From: Glaucostegus cemiculus | Lineage: Eukaryota | Assembly (NCBI GenBank): GCA_976551045.1 | Contig: CDPCPM010000213.1 | Span: forward strand, 4,898,001 to 4,962,000 | Direction of reading: 5' to 3' | DNA: 64,000 bases | In this document: positions 51,414 through 64,000 of the stretch, one piece after another | Layout of the letters: every line of letters starts with the position of its first letter | Position numbering within the stretch: the stretch's first letter is position 1 | Program-made: the position numbers and the translations under genes | Notes under the pieces: generated by a model | Seen by the model: only the letters and a program-made list of their open reading frames with translations | Told to the model about the DNA's origin: nothing | Databases searched by the model: none

Positions 51414-53093
51414 TTACTCAATGCAGAAGATGACCACATTGCCTGATTAATGTTCAGTCAACAACTTCCAACAGTGTTCAGGAGTGCAGTGACTCCCAGT
51501 CTTGTTGAATGAAAGCTCCACTCTTCAGTATTCATTCCCTCCCATAACTGGCTGATGATGTCACTACCCATTCCTTATAAGGATTTGGGGTGTACCAGAG
51601 ATTCCTGGGGAATGCTAATGGCTTTATGGCTGGCAACTTTTTATTTTGTTATTTTTATTTTACTTTTACTATTTTTGTGAACATTCTAGCTAAATTGCCT
51701 CAGTGTTGTTCATGGACCCCTTGTAACCTTTGGAGCCTCTTGATGGGGGGATCGTGCACCCAGGTTGGGAACCACTGATGTAGAGAACTTCACCATGTGA
51801 CATGGAGCACTTTCCCAGCTTGGACAACCTACATTATTTGGAGCCATTAACTTTGCCATCAGTTCATCTCTCTTAAATGAATCTGCAATTTTATGCCTAT
51901 GTTCCTAACAAAGAGACAGTCAAAAGATCTTCCAAGTAAATTCTCCCAATGTTAGTTTGACTTTAGGGCAGTTTCAATCTGTGCCTCTCTGTTCCAGTGG
52001 CCTGGTATTCTGTGAAGAAGTGCTTTGCCTACCTTGTCTTTGCCATCTAATGGCTTGTAGGCTGATATAATTTACCCTCTCAGTCACTTTCTTTCCAGAG
52101 TAAAAAGCTCCAATTTCTGTGGAGTATCGTTACAGCTCAATCATATAGCACGGAACCATCATCCAAGTCAGCATTGACCATCAACACCAAGGTACACTCA
52201 GCCTTTAGGGATCCTATTTTTTATTTAGTGTTTTGACACAGTGGAGTTAGGTATTGGGTTCTTCCTTACTTTGTGCATTTTTCTTGTATCTTAGTGAATG
52301 AACACAATATTCAAGGTCTGTCCACAGAATTTAACATGACATCCTCTCACTTATATCCAGCATCTTGATTTAAGATTCTGTTCATTTTGTTTATCAATTA
52401 GTAAACACTGAATCCAGTATCACCCCAAATCAATTTCCATTCACCTTTATCTATTTCTATTGTCCAGCTACATTTTTCTTTCCAGAGTTAACAAATGTCA
52501 GTTGCTGTTGATTTGTCTATTTGCATGTTTTATCTTGAGGTTCTTACTGCTTCCTCCACCTCACACGCTGAGCCTGCCATCTCGTTCAGTACGAGCTGGA
52601 CTATGTTCCTAAATGCTAGTCTACCACAAGAGAAGTGCTGGGAGACCCAGACACTGCTTCTGGAACATACCCGCTGCCTCATCTTGACACTACTCCCCCA
52701 ACAAGCCCCCATTACTTGCTGCCTTTCCTTCAGGTATTGCTTTATCTATATCTAAATTTCACTTAGAAATTTTGCTGTCTCCCAATTTCAGCAAGCCTTT
52801 TCTAAGGAAGATTATCAAAATCTGTTTAGAAGAATTTGTTTGATGTTATCCACTTTGGATTTCTCTTCTGAAAATTGACCAAAATGTCTCCTTCCTGGAA
52901 CCATCACTCTGCAATAGGTTACTCTTGATTGATGATTAAATATTTTACCAGATATTAATGGGTCTGTGGTTGCCTGTCCTTGAATGGGATGATTGCATTA
53001 GCTTGCCTCCCATCCAGTGGGGCATACTTTTGTTTGTGATGATCACAGAGATCATACCCTGACTCTACTCCCTTGCATAGATAGTGTTAATAT

Positions 53094-53255
53094 ATCAGAA
53101 TCAGTTATTATTGTCACAACCATATACATACATAGTATGCATAGGAGCAAGATACCGTCCTCCTCAGGTGCTCGTCCCATAAAATAACATAACAACCAAC
53201 AGAGACACACATACACACTTGACAGAATAAACATTACAAAACATTAGATATTAAA
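53094..53255 (-). mobile_element. Retroposon 3' tail fragment
   Basis: Minus strand ends gtgacaataataactgattctgat, a short-repeat tail typical of non-LTR element 3' ends. Confidence 0.45.
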
Positions 53256-56228
53256 AGCTATGGAAGTTAAAATTAAATTAGTATGCAGATTAAATTAAAA
53301 ATGGCCAGTAAATAAATAAATAGTTATTAAAGTGAACGGGCTGGTGTCGGGCATTTAAAGTGCAAAAGACCACAGGAACATTAAAATTATTGTGTAAGAA
53401 GGAAAAAAAATCTGTTACATCTGCAGCCATCCTGGTAGTCTCATGATACCACATGGAAAGAATTATTGATAAATCACAGTAATAAATCTTTTTATCATTT
53501 AGTCTACAACAGACAAGACAGGAGGCATAAATTATTCCACTAATGGAAGGCTTCGCAAACCATTGTTCAAAAATCATTTGTTCTTTCAAAGAATGCTGTA
53601 CATGTTCCATGTCTCAAATTATGCTCTGTCCCAAAATATCTTAACAAATCGGCTTCCCAATTCCCAATGGAGTTCATTTCATTGAATTCCCGCTTATTCA
53701 CAAAAATGGCATGAATTTCTTTCTAGTAATGCTGTACGTGCTGTTGTGGTCTTGTTAAGAAGTTATTCATTGACTGGATTGATTTATTCTGCATTGTTTT
53801 TCAATTTCACTCTTCATGTGAAATCTTTTCCTTCACTATCCGCTTGAAATGCAGTGCTTGAAGGATTCTATGTTCTGTAGCAGTAAACATTGCCAATTAT
53901 TTTTGCTCTCTGATCATCCCTTTGATCTTGTTCTTACATTTACTGTAATATTCCATTGATCCTTTCACTCTAGAGATGACCATATATATTCAGTATAACA
54001 CTTTTGATTGTCTTATGGGTGAACTTGACATTGTGTTTTCTGAAGCTTGGAGAATTTTCAGTAGGGTTTAAAACATAAATCATTCAATGCATTCCCGGGC
54101 ATTTATTCCCCATTTTGCCCGTGTGGAAAGTGAATTTCTTTGTTTGACCAAGACCTTGTCCTTTTCAAGTCAAATAACCTGAGACTGAGATCTGTGTACT
54201 TCAGCCAAGATTATCTGTGAATAGTTTAAATAAGATTGTACATTATAAATTGCATAAAAACATTCATAGTGACATTGTCATTTCCTGTAAATACAGACAG
54301 TGAAGGTATTGTGCTTCTTTGCAACTGTTTCTGTTAGCAATGTGCTCTGAATTTCTACCTATTGATCCAAGCAGTGTATTGTTTGTTTCAGTGAAATGGT
54401 AGAGTAATTCATATACACAATCGTAGGCCATGGTTGTATTATCTTCATATGGATGCACGTGTTAAACACTCTAATCATGCTGAATGGCTGAAGTGGACTT
54501 TATCTTAGAATGGAATTTTCACTAATTCAGGGGAGTGAGATACTGCACATAAGCAGCACTCCAAGATCTTCACAAGGCAGTGACCATTTGCTCAAATCAA
54601 ACCAATAAATTATGACCATGGCAAATAAAGAGAAACAGTTTGTCACTTTTCATTAATTATTAAGAATTTAGGTTTTGAAGTGATTTTTTAAATTTCCTTA
54701 TCACTCATGTTACTTTTGCAAAATTCATGAACCTTTATTAATTCCTACAATAATTTTGCTTCCTTGATGGAATTTACAGTCATTTACTATTAAATAATGT
54801 GATCAATAATTAGAACTTCCTTTAAACAAAGCTTTCTTTATATTTCTCTACAATTATTCACATACTGCCCAGCCAAGTGAAAAGGTTGTCTTTGGAATGC
54901 ATTTTATATTGCCCCTTTTACAAGAAAATTACTTTAGAAATCCCTCCAGATCCAGGGATCTGGCACTACAACAGAAGGGTTCGCTTGACCATGGATACAA
55001 CTTGGCAGGAGGACATCAGGTTGCCAAATATATAAAACTAAGCCTCTGTTCTGGATAGAATTTTGAAAAGAATCCAAACTATGTACATCAGCTATAGGAG
55101 ATCAAGGCACATCAACATAAATGGGCATACGAGCATTGAAGTCCTCGGACAGTTCTCTCAGCTGGTAGGGGGAAATAAAATAATTACAAAGCAATTTAGT
55201 TTAAGCAACTATTAGTTTAGGCTCACCAAGCCACATTTTAATTAACAAACTGTTTCCATGCTAAAAGTGTGAAAGAAGGTGTTACCTGCATTGCTGAAGT
55301 GATTGACAGTCTTCCACTCCCGAGGTTTTCTTTAAATGTTTTGAAAGAAGTAACTGACTTGTCCAGGTGTTACCAGGTGTAGGGAGATGTGCAAGAACAG
55401 GCCATTCGGGAGCCCCACCATAATCATTAATTATGTTAAGGACACACATATATGTATATTTATGTGTAATATGTTTAATGTTTACATTCAAAAATGGTCA
55501 GATCTATATTCCTGTCCCTGACCAGTTTCATGATCATTGAATTTTTTTTGCAAGGCTTTCACTTGTTGGCCACTTAGCTGACTGCTCAGATATCCTCTTC
55601 ATACTTGCCTACTAAGTTTATAAAAAATCAATAAGAAATGCAGTGCTTGGGTATGATCACAGTATAGGAGATTATTTTAAATACCTGCAATCAAAATTAC
55701 TACCTTCCAAGCTCTGACCTTTGAGATCTCTGAGAGCATTTATAATTCAGTATATTTGAATTGATTATCAATAAAGATGTGTATTTCCAGAGCTGATTGT
55801 GGTTAATCATCAAAAATCTACAATAAGAGAACCTGAATTGTTTATATAGTATAAACTGTATTACTAGTAGTGTCCATGTATGCACGGAGAATGGTAGTCC
55901 TTAATTAGTCAGCCTGCCATTTGATATATTCCTTATTTCATGAGTGAGTGATGAAATGTGACCTCCTTTGCTTTACTGGAAGCAAAATTATCAAAAGTCA
56001 ATGGTTATTTAAAAAAAAATCACCTCCACAACATTGAATGCTAGAATTCATTAATCCACTTCAAACTTACCTTTAAAGACATTATGAGATGACTTTGGAC
56101 TCAGCAGCAAAATAGCAAAATAACCCTACAAGCCATGGTGGAATGGCCTATACTATAGGTTTGTCTGCAAACTATACTAACTTGCAATTTAGCAAATCAC
56201 AACTTGCAGCTGGCCTGCAATTTTATTT

Positions 56229-56273
56229 TGTGTGTGTGAGTGTGTGTGTGTGTGCGCACATGCACATGTGCGT
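56229..56273. repeat. (TG)n microsatellite extending into alternating purine-pyrimidine sequence
   Basis: tgtgtgtgtgagtgtgtgtgtgtgtgcgcacatgcacatgtgcgta. Confidence 0.85.
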
Positions 56274-58530
56274 AAATTGGCATTTGACAGCAAAACTGCA
56301 AATGTATGAATACTCTTTTTGACCATTGTATCTATCCTCTGTAGTTAAATATTCATTCGTTAAAGTTGGTAGTAATGAATTATATCTGTCTGCAGAAACT
56401 TAATTTAATAAGTTGCATTAGTGTGTGAATTTCTGGAGTAAGGAAGTACCTTGAACGTCCTTTGCTGTAATGCGGAAAACTTGCAGTGTTTGTCTCGCAG
56501 CACAGCTCTGCATCCTGGATCATTTCACTGTTTATCCAAGACAGCAGCTCAGCCTTTAATTGCAGGTTTGCATTTTGCAAGCACTGGAGCGTGCTTTTAA
56601 TTAATTTGGCATGATGCTGACCTAGTTTAGTAGGAAAGGAGATCAGTAGGGTTGAAGGGCTTAATTATCTTGTGTTTATTTATTTCAGTCACTCATCAAG
56701 TAAAGCAATAAAAATGTATTTCTTTTGATGACATTGCAAAAATACACTGGTCTGATTTTTTTTTAATATGGGATAAAAAGGGAACATGCCCTCTGAGTCC
56801 TCAGACAATTCACACAAAAGAGAAAATGTCCTCTGATTGCTGGGTGTTAATGGCATCATAACCATAGTGGAAGGATAACCTTCAAGCAATATTATTACTG
56901 GAATTGCAAGCCTGTTTTTTTTAAAACACTTTTGATTTCCAAGTTCTTCATAATGTTGCTAATGCATTACAGTGGGATATATTCTACCACATTATTTTTG
57001 CTGTTAAATTATTATAGATTATCTGATTGGAGTCTTCACTGAATACTGCAGACAGTGGAAATACACTCATCAACTCTAATGTAATTTTGCTTTCTCTCCA
57101 TGTGGCCTTCTAAAAGCCAGCACCTCTAAATGAGGGCACATGCCTTGCATTTTTGAATAACTTGATCGTTAAATAAAAAATAATGTTTTAACTGTTACTT
57201 CCATTTGTAATTAAATATCAGAAGTTCACTGATTGTGTGAAATTTAATAATCTCCATGCAGGCTATGAATAGGTGACTGAAAGGTCAGTAATTCCTTTCT
57301 ACCATAACATAATATCAAAGCGTGCATGCAGAGATATGTCTGGAAAGTCGGCACTCAACAGGAGATTACCCACTTTCCACAACAAATTCCTGTCAGCATC
57401 AGGATTTGTTTTTTTCATTTTGTTTTAGTGATATCTTTATGTTTAAGCCCCTTGTCGAATAATTCTAGTGACACCAGCGTTACTTGGCTCACAGCTCGTC
57501 TTGTAACTCACTGTTGCAAAGCAAGAATCCTTACAAGAGCCATTCAGATGGCAATGATTCAAGAAGCAAACCTACCACCAGCTTCGAACAAGGCCACATC
57601 ATGCAAATGAATTAAACTTCAGTATTGAGGGTGAATATTGCCTTACAGACATTTATTGTGAATTCAGCATCACATGCTTGCAGATTTGAATTTAATCCTT
57701 GAAACATGAACAGTTCCAGTTTTCCTTTTAAAACAAAACTTTGATCTGCTTTATATTTTCTGAAAAGAGTACTATCTTCCTGCTATTCTTCCCCCTGTTG
57801 CAATACTGTTGAAGGTACATCCTTATAACATTGCTATAAATTCAAGCATTATATGTCACATTGTTTCAGTGTACTCATCTGTTGCTTTCCATTCCACGTG
57901 CTGTACATATCTTCGGGCTTCCATGTTAAATTTATATTCATTGCTAATATTGCTAAAGCATTTAACACTTGACTGTACAATTTTTGTGAAAAATAAGCAT
58001 TGCAGTAGCTGTGGATAATGATGGCATGTTTATCACTTAATACTGTTTCTTTCTCTGTTGCAACTCTGTATATTGTAATTTGTGTTGGTCTAATATAAAA
58101 AGATGAAACTTGATAGGGTTTTGAGCTTAACCTGCAGAAGCCCCTAGTTTGTGAGTGATAAAGGTCAACAGAAGCTTTGTAGCAAATCTGAATAAAATAT
58201 AATTCCTAATTGTAGTGTCCTAGTATTTGTATATCTTCTACTCGTTACCTTAAGTTGTCCAGCAAGGAAGGGAAAATATACTGAGATGCAGTTCTCTAGT
58301 TGCCAGCAGTTGTCCCGTAATTCGCTGTGAATTAGTGCTCATTGCTGAGCAGGAAGAATCTATTCACTGTTAAAGGCCACAACCAAGCCTCACTACAATC
58401 CTTCACCCAACTTTCATGTAGCCACCGTAGCGGGGGTCAATGTCTACCAATCAGCAACAAGAATGTTCCTTAGTTATTCCCACAACTCCAGCCTGGGCTG
58501 CTGAGTTCATTTCTACCACCAAGCCAGTAA

Positions 58531-58697
58531 AATGGAGACACAAGAGACTGCAGATGCTGGAATCTGAAGCAACACACAAGATGCTGCATTACCCTTTACC
58601 TGAAGGGTAAAGGGTCTCAACCCAAAACTTTGAGTGTCCATTTCCCTCCAGAGATGGTGCCTGACCTGCTGAGTTCCTCCAGCATTTTGTGTGTTGT
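58531..58697. mobile_element. Penelope-derived element flanked by 13-bp target-site duplication
   Basis: accaagccagtaa at 58518-58530 and 58698-58710; internal arms caacacacaagatgctg and cagcattttgtgtgttg. Confidence 0.85.
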
Positions 58698-59299
58698 ACC
58701 AAGCCAGTAACGATCATCAGAGATTAGGAAATGAACAAAGAATCCTTCTGGATCATATATCCTAGACTAAGACTAGGTAAATACAGAAAGTTATAGAGAA
58801 ACTTTCATAATGCTTTGTTACAGCTATCACTGATAAAAGAATAATGCTATTCATATCATGTTCCAGATTTAGTGATTTGTGTATTTTCTTTTAGTTTGTG
58901 AATACTGTCACAAGGTCAGGATCAGTTAATAAGGGGAAGATCATAATAAGCTAAGACAACACTTTCAGTGGGTAATTGGCCAGGTATAGGTTAATGTAGC
59001 TTTATTCCATCCAGCCTTATTAACATTACTGTCATTTTGATGTTACTTATAAATTTTGATAAAAAACACATGATCATACACTATACCTGGAACATAATGC
59101 AAATAACATAATCCTATTCTCAGTGTTAGTTATAACAATACATTACGAACACTCCTCAATCATCTTAGGGGGATTATAAGAATAATGGCAAATTATTGAC
59201 AAGAATGAATCAAGGAAAGAAACTGGAAAGGGTGATGTGTAAATGTCATGCTCCATTAGAATATATGCAACAGTTATCAGAAAGGCAAACCAACTAGAT

Positions 59300-59812
59300 G
59301 GGGTATGGTAGCAATGCGGTTAAATAACTGGACTAGTATCCTGCAGTCTGAACTATTTATCCACAGACATGAGTTCCATCATGGCTGCTGGAATCTTTAA
59401 ATCCAAGAAATTAAATAAATCTGGTGTAAGTATCAGTAATGGTGTTCAAGAAACCAACAAATGTAAAAACCCATGTGGTTCACTAATCTTTTTTCAGAAA
59501 AGAGAATCTTCCATTGTTCTCTCGTCTAGCCTGTCAAAAGGCATTTGGAGAAGTACATGGATGGGACAGGTTTAGGGGGATATGGGCCTAGTTTGGTGGG
59601 CATCATGGTGGGTATGGATGAGTTGGGTTGAAGGGCATGTTTCTGTGCTGTATTACTCTATGATTCTGTGTGTGAGTCCAGGTCCACAGCAATGTGATTG
59701 ACTCTTAACTGCCCTCTGAAATGGGAAAGCCTTTCAGTTTTGTTAGTAATTAGAGAAGGAAATAACTGTTGGCCTCACCAATGATGGCCACATCCTGTGA
59801 ATGAACAAAAAA
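59300..59812 (+). mobile_element. SINE interrupted by a nested CR1 3' fragment (about 59533-59668)
   Basis: SINE text breaks at tctagcctgt and resumes at gtgagtccaggtccacagcaatgtg; the insert ends gttgaagggcatgtttctgtgctgtattactctatgattct. Confidence 0.7.
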
Positions 59813-60142
59813 GGGGAATATTAGATTGTCTAAGAGCAGAATGAATTATAGATGAAAAGAGATTTTCCTGTCACTGAATGGAATGTTGATCAGAATATAC
59901 TGGGAATATTATGGAAGGTTTATAGCTGAACAGAAAAGAATGCAAATAACCAGATTAATGAAAAGGAAACTTGAGAATAAAAGTTAAAGGCTGATGCAAA
60001 AAATAAAATCATCCTTTCATTGACAAGGACATTACATTGTGAAATAGCTCACTGGGGAAGATTCTTACGGCAAATAGCAAATCTATTTTAAGATTAAATT
60101 GTATAAATAACTTGGAGGAAAATGTGCCATTGATACAAAATA

Positions 60143-60480
60143 AGAACATAAGAAATAGAAGCAGGGTTAGGCCAGTCAGACCTCAAACCTACTCCACCGT
60201 TCAGTAAGATCGGGACTGATCTCCTATATCAGTGCCACTTTCCTGTATCCCTTGAATCCTTTTTTAATCAAAAATCTATTACCCTCTACCTCACATATAC
60301 AGTGTATTGCATCAGAGCCCCGGAGTGCTCTTGGGTAACGAATTCCTTCATTACAATGCGTGAAGAAATCTCATTCTTGGCCTGAATGGTTGATCCCTTA
60401 TTTTGAGACTATGACCTTGCTTCTCAACACCCCAGGGAGGGAAAACACCCAATCAGTATCTACACTGTCAAGCCCTTTAA
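60143..60480 (-). mobile_element. CR1-type LINE 3' fragment
   Basis: Starts with the reverse tail aagaacataagaaatagaagcagg; cccttattttgagactatgacc. Confidence 0.75.
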
Positions 60481-63069
60481 TTCTTAATTTTTTTAAATTC
60501 ATTTTTTATATATTCACTTAAAGGATGTGGGTTTCGCAGGCTGAGCCAGCATTTATTTGCCAATCCCTAGGTGCCCTTGAGAAGGTGGTGGTGAGCTGCC
60601 TTCTTGAACTGCTGTAGTCCTCGAGGTGTGGGTCCACCCACAGTGTTGTTAGCTGAGAATATCTGCCTCCACTGTCTCTTAAGACTTGAAGAAAGGGTGC
60701 CTGAAACTACCTCTTCTTTTCTCCTGGGACTTTTCCACGTGAGTAAGAGTTTGTGGTCCTCGTGTTTTCTTATCTGGTCTCCAGATCATTGATGCAGAAT
60801 ATAACATCTGGGCCCCTAGCTCCATTTCCTGCAGCACCCACTGCTCACAGTCTAGTAACATGAAAGTGAACTGTTTATTGTACTTTTTGTTTCTGTCCGT
60901 TAACTGATTATAAATCAATGCAAGAAAATTACCCCAGCTACAGTATGTTCTTAAATGCATTGTACAATGAGAAGTGCTTGTACCTGCTAAATTCACCACC
61001 TCTGGTTTGTCTATTTCAGTCTAAGTACATTTTTTAATGATCCAGCCAATCTTAATTACTGCCATACAAACTCTCTTGCTTTGAAAGTGTACTTTTATCA
61101 GTGTTGAGTCACATTCTTTCAACCTGCAGTAGTTGGAGAATTTTAAAAAATGTTTAATTTTTACTTTCAATTTCTATTTCTTCCTCTCTCTAATCTTTTC
61201 TACTCACTTTTTCTCGTTTACTTGATGCTTAATTCAATATTCCAACCCACATCACTTTCTTCAAACACGTTGGTGGGAGTCAGACAATTTTTAAACTGAT
61301 TGGTTGTTATAAAGTCCCAGGTACTCTGGAGAAAGTGTAGTGCTATTTCCATCTCCCACATACAACATCTCACTCAGAGACAGCTCATAGATAATAAATG
61401 GATAAGAACATATGTAATGCATGATGTTCTCTGACTACATTATATTACTAGGAATTGCATTGAATATTTGGTACATATGTAGGCTATTCAGCTCAACTAG
61501 TTTGAGTTGCTATTTATGTGCTGTGAGTCTCTCTACATTCCATGAACCTCATTTCAGCTACTCACAGTATCTTTTCACTTTCTCTCATGCATCTCACCAG
61601 TTTTCTATTGATGACACCAAAGCTATTTTCTGTGGGAGCAAATTCCATGGCATAACCACTCTTTATGTAAACTCTATGTACTTTCCTATGTTTGCATTTG
61701 TCCAAAATCCATCATGCCATTAGGCAGTTGATGAACTAATATTGTTCTCCTTCCTTCCTTTCCAATAACTTAGTACAACAAGTATGAAGCTCACTCACCA
61801 ATAGAGAGTGAAACCTCTATTATGTGTGTTTGTGCATTTTTTAGTTACATACATTCCAGCCTGCAAACCATCCTTGCACATTGGATTAAGTGTCGATGGG
61901 ATGGCGGATAGGTTCAAATTCAATACTAAACCACTTGGGAATATAGATGTGATTTGACACACACAGAACATGGTCCTGAATTGTTGGGGAATGGATGGCA
62001 AATCGGAGTGACCTTGGCATAAACTGACAGAAGCATTGTTCATTATGTGCACACAGTAAGCCCAATTATTTACCCAGTTTCTAATTATTTTTTTAAATGG
62101 TAGTTTCTAATTTCAGAAGAGAAGCAAGAATTCCCTGTGATTAAAGAACCATTTAGTTAATAAACACTCTACCTTATGATTTTGACACATTAGAAGACAG
62201 GAATTTTACATTTGGACCCAAAGCGACCCCTAGAATTGGTGAACATTAGCAATTCATAGGTATCTACTTTGGTTCCAACACTGTTTCATTTACATTCATT
62301 TACCATGTGCGAGCACTGTATTACGGGCCTGTTATGAAACAGCTGCAATTTCCTACTGCACTGAGGAAAGGAAGAAGCTGAAGATCACGGCTGACAGAGC
62401 ACCTTCCCAGCCCTAGGAAACTCCAGGCTCATAACATAAAGAGATATTAAATGTCCGCAGGGACTGCTTTTGAGGTCTGTACATCTTGCCATAAAATCTC
62501 CTTGTCTCTTGTTTGGTGATGCTGAGATTTATTAGTTCTGGTACTGTGACAACAGAGCATCAAAGGCTCTATTTCCATTTGCCAGAATATGCTGAACACT
62601 TGATTGCTGAGCACATTAAATGACCTAAATTATTAATGCAATAATCATTGAAATTGTCCCAGAATTTACTACGCTGAACACATCTTTTGTTAATTTTGTT
62701 ACATTTTTACACATTTGCATTGATATTGATTTTGCATAAATGTGAGTTTTTTATATATCTGGCTGCTTGCAGAGCCATTGTACATCCAATGCAAATGATG
62801 CAGGTAATTCACTCTGAACTTTCTCAAGAATTATGTTCAAAAGTGCTCTTGCTCTCAGAGCCAAATGAAGGATTATGTAAATCAACAGGTGGCCTTAATG
62901 TTAATGTCTTAAAATGCAGCCATTCAGCATAAGCAGTGGTCTAAGAGAAACTTCCTGTCAATGCAATAATTCTAATTACACCCTCAATGAGTTGTGTTTA
63001 ATGTCTGAAGTTTAAATGTGCCACTCCTCCAGTGTAACATCACTAAGTAAAAGCCATGACGTCTTCTTC

Positions 63070-63480
63070 CATTTCTTTTTCTTCTTCTTAAACAGCACCC
63101 AGTTTGAGGATGATTTGCTTCTACTCTGGTTCTGTGGGTTCTGAGATAGAGCCCCACTTGGAGCCTGTATACTCTGCCACAGAAGCAGCAGGCAGTGCTT
63201 GATGTGACAGGTGTGTAGTTTGCTTGGGATGTTGTGTGCTTCTGCCTCTGCATGCCCCCAGTTAGGAGGTTCAACGTACTCAGTGCTTTCCCAGGTGCTC
63301 CTGAGCCCGCCCAGGAAAAGTCATGGGCCAGTGATTCCCAGAAGCTGTAAAGGATTTTACATCCTTCAAAAGATTTTGAGAGCTTCTTTGAGGTCTTTTC
63401 ACAGTGGACCTGGAAATTGTTTGCTGTGACTGAGCCTCAGGAGTATGCCTCAGTGTGTGCCTCAGGAGTGGCCCCAGCAT
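63070..63480 (-). mobile_element. Degenerate RTE-clade LINE 3' fragment
   Basis: Minus strand resembles RTE ORF C-termini (KRxKDxLKA..L; WESLAxD) and ends in an (AAG)n-like tail. Confidence 0.5.
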
Positions 63481-64000
63481 TGACCCTCAAGGAACATCAC
63501 TACCTACCTCCTTCCATTCTGAATAGCCACACTTCTCTGTCTTGAAGCCAATTAGCAATCTATTCCACTATTTGTACCCCAACTCTTCATTTCTGAAATT
63601 ATTTATTAGCCTTCCAAAAACTTAGATAAATTATTTAGATGGATGTCATTAGCCTTCTTTAAGGACCTTCCTATTTGTTAATGAACTCTAACCAATCTTT
63701 CTTTAATCTTTCCTCTCATGGACTCGTCTACTGTTTTTGTATGTAATGTATGCCTCTTTCCTTGCTGTCAATTGTCCCTACCTGTCCTTATTTATCTATG
63801 GAATCTCACGTGCTTAATGCACTCCTTCAGCAAAGTAGGGTTTTACTGCACTCTACGGAACACCCATTGTCATTCTACGTTGTGCTTTGGCAATATCTTT
63901 GCCCATGTTACCCATGTTCAATTCTCAACCCCATAAAATAAGCAATCTCGTAATCTGGTGCTCATCACACTTAAACCCTTCTCTGTTATCATCTTAAAGC

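Noticed and set aside
42748-64000. SAMD14 coding exons expected from synteny
   Set aside because: No VPETxRLD-like or SAM-domain peptide seen in the track or by eye; needs tBLASTn.

Overview
Vertebrate genomic DNA, most likely a cartilaginous fish (shark or ray), judged from its repeats: V-SINE/HE1-like and DeuSINE-like SINEs, CR1/L2/RTE LINE fragments and Penelope-derived elements. The only protein-coding gene I can support is the 3' half of PPP1R9B (spinophilin/neurabin-2) on the + strand. It has six GT-AG coding exons (12006-12141, 26556-26711, 30223-30276, 32089-32318, 37173-37269, 42694-42747) that splice in frame to give the end of the PDZ domain, the acidic linker and the coiled-coil tail. 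Almost all ORFs in the track are chance or repeat-derived. The most notable non-coding signals are: (1) about a dozen short, often palindromic Penelope-like elements carrying minimal hammerhead-ribozyme cores, one with cores on both strands in a perfect 31-bp inverted repeat and one with a 13-bp target-site duplication; (2) an inverted SINE pair in the last intron, whose sense copy could form an alternative last exon; (3) an AG|GTAACA acceptor on the terminal exon; (4) an intronic phased CCAAT/AP-1 cluster bracketed by convergent CTCF-like motifs. Repeat family names and boundaries come from recognition by eye and are approximate.
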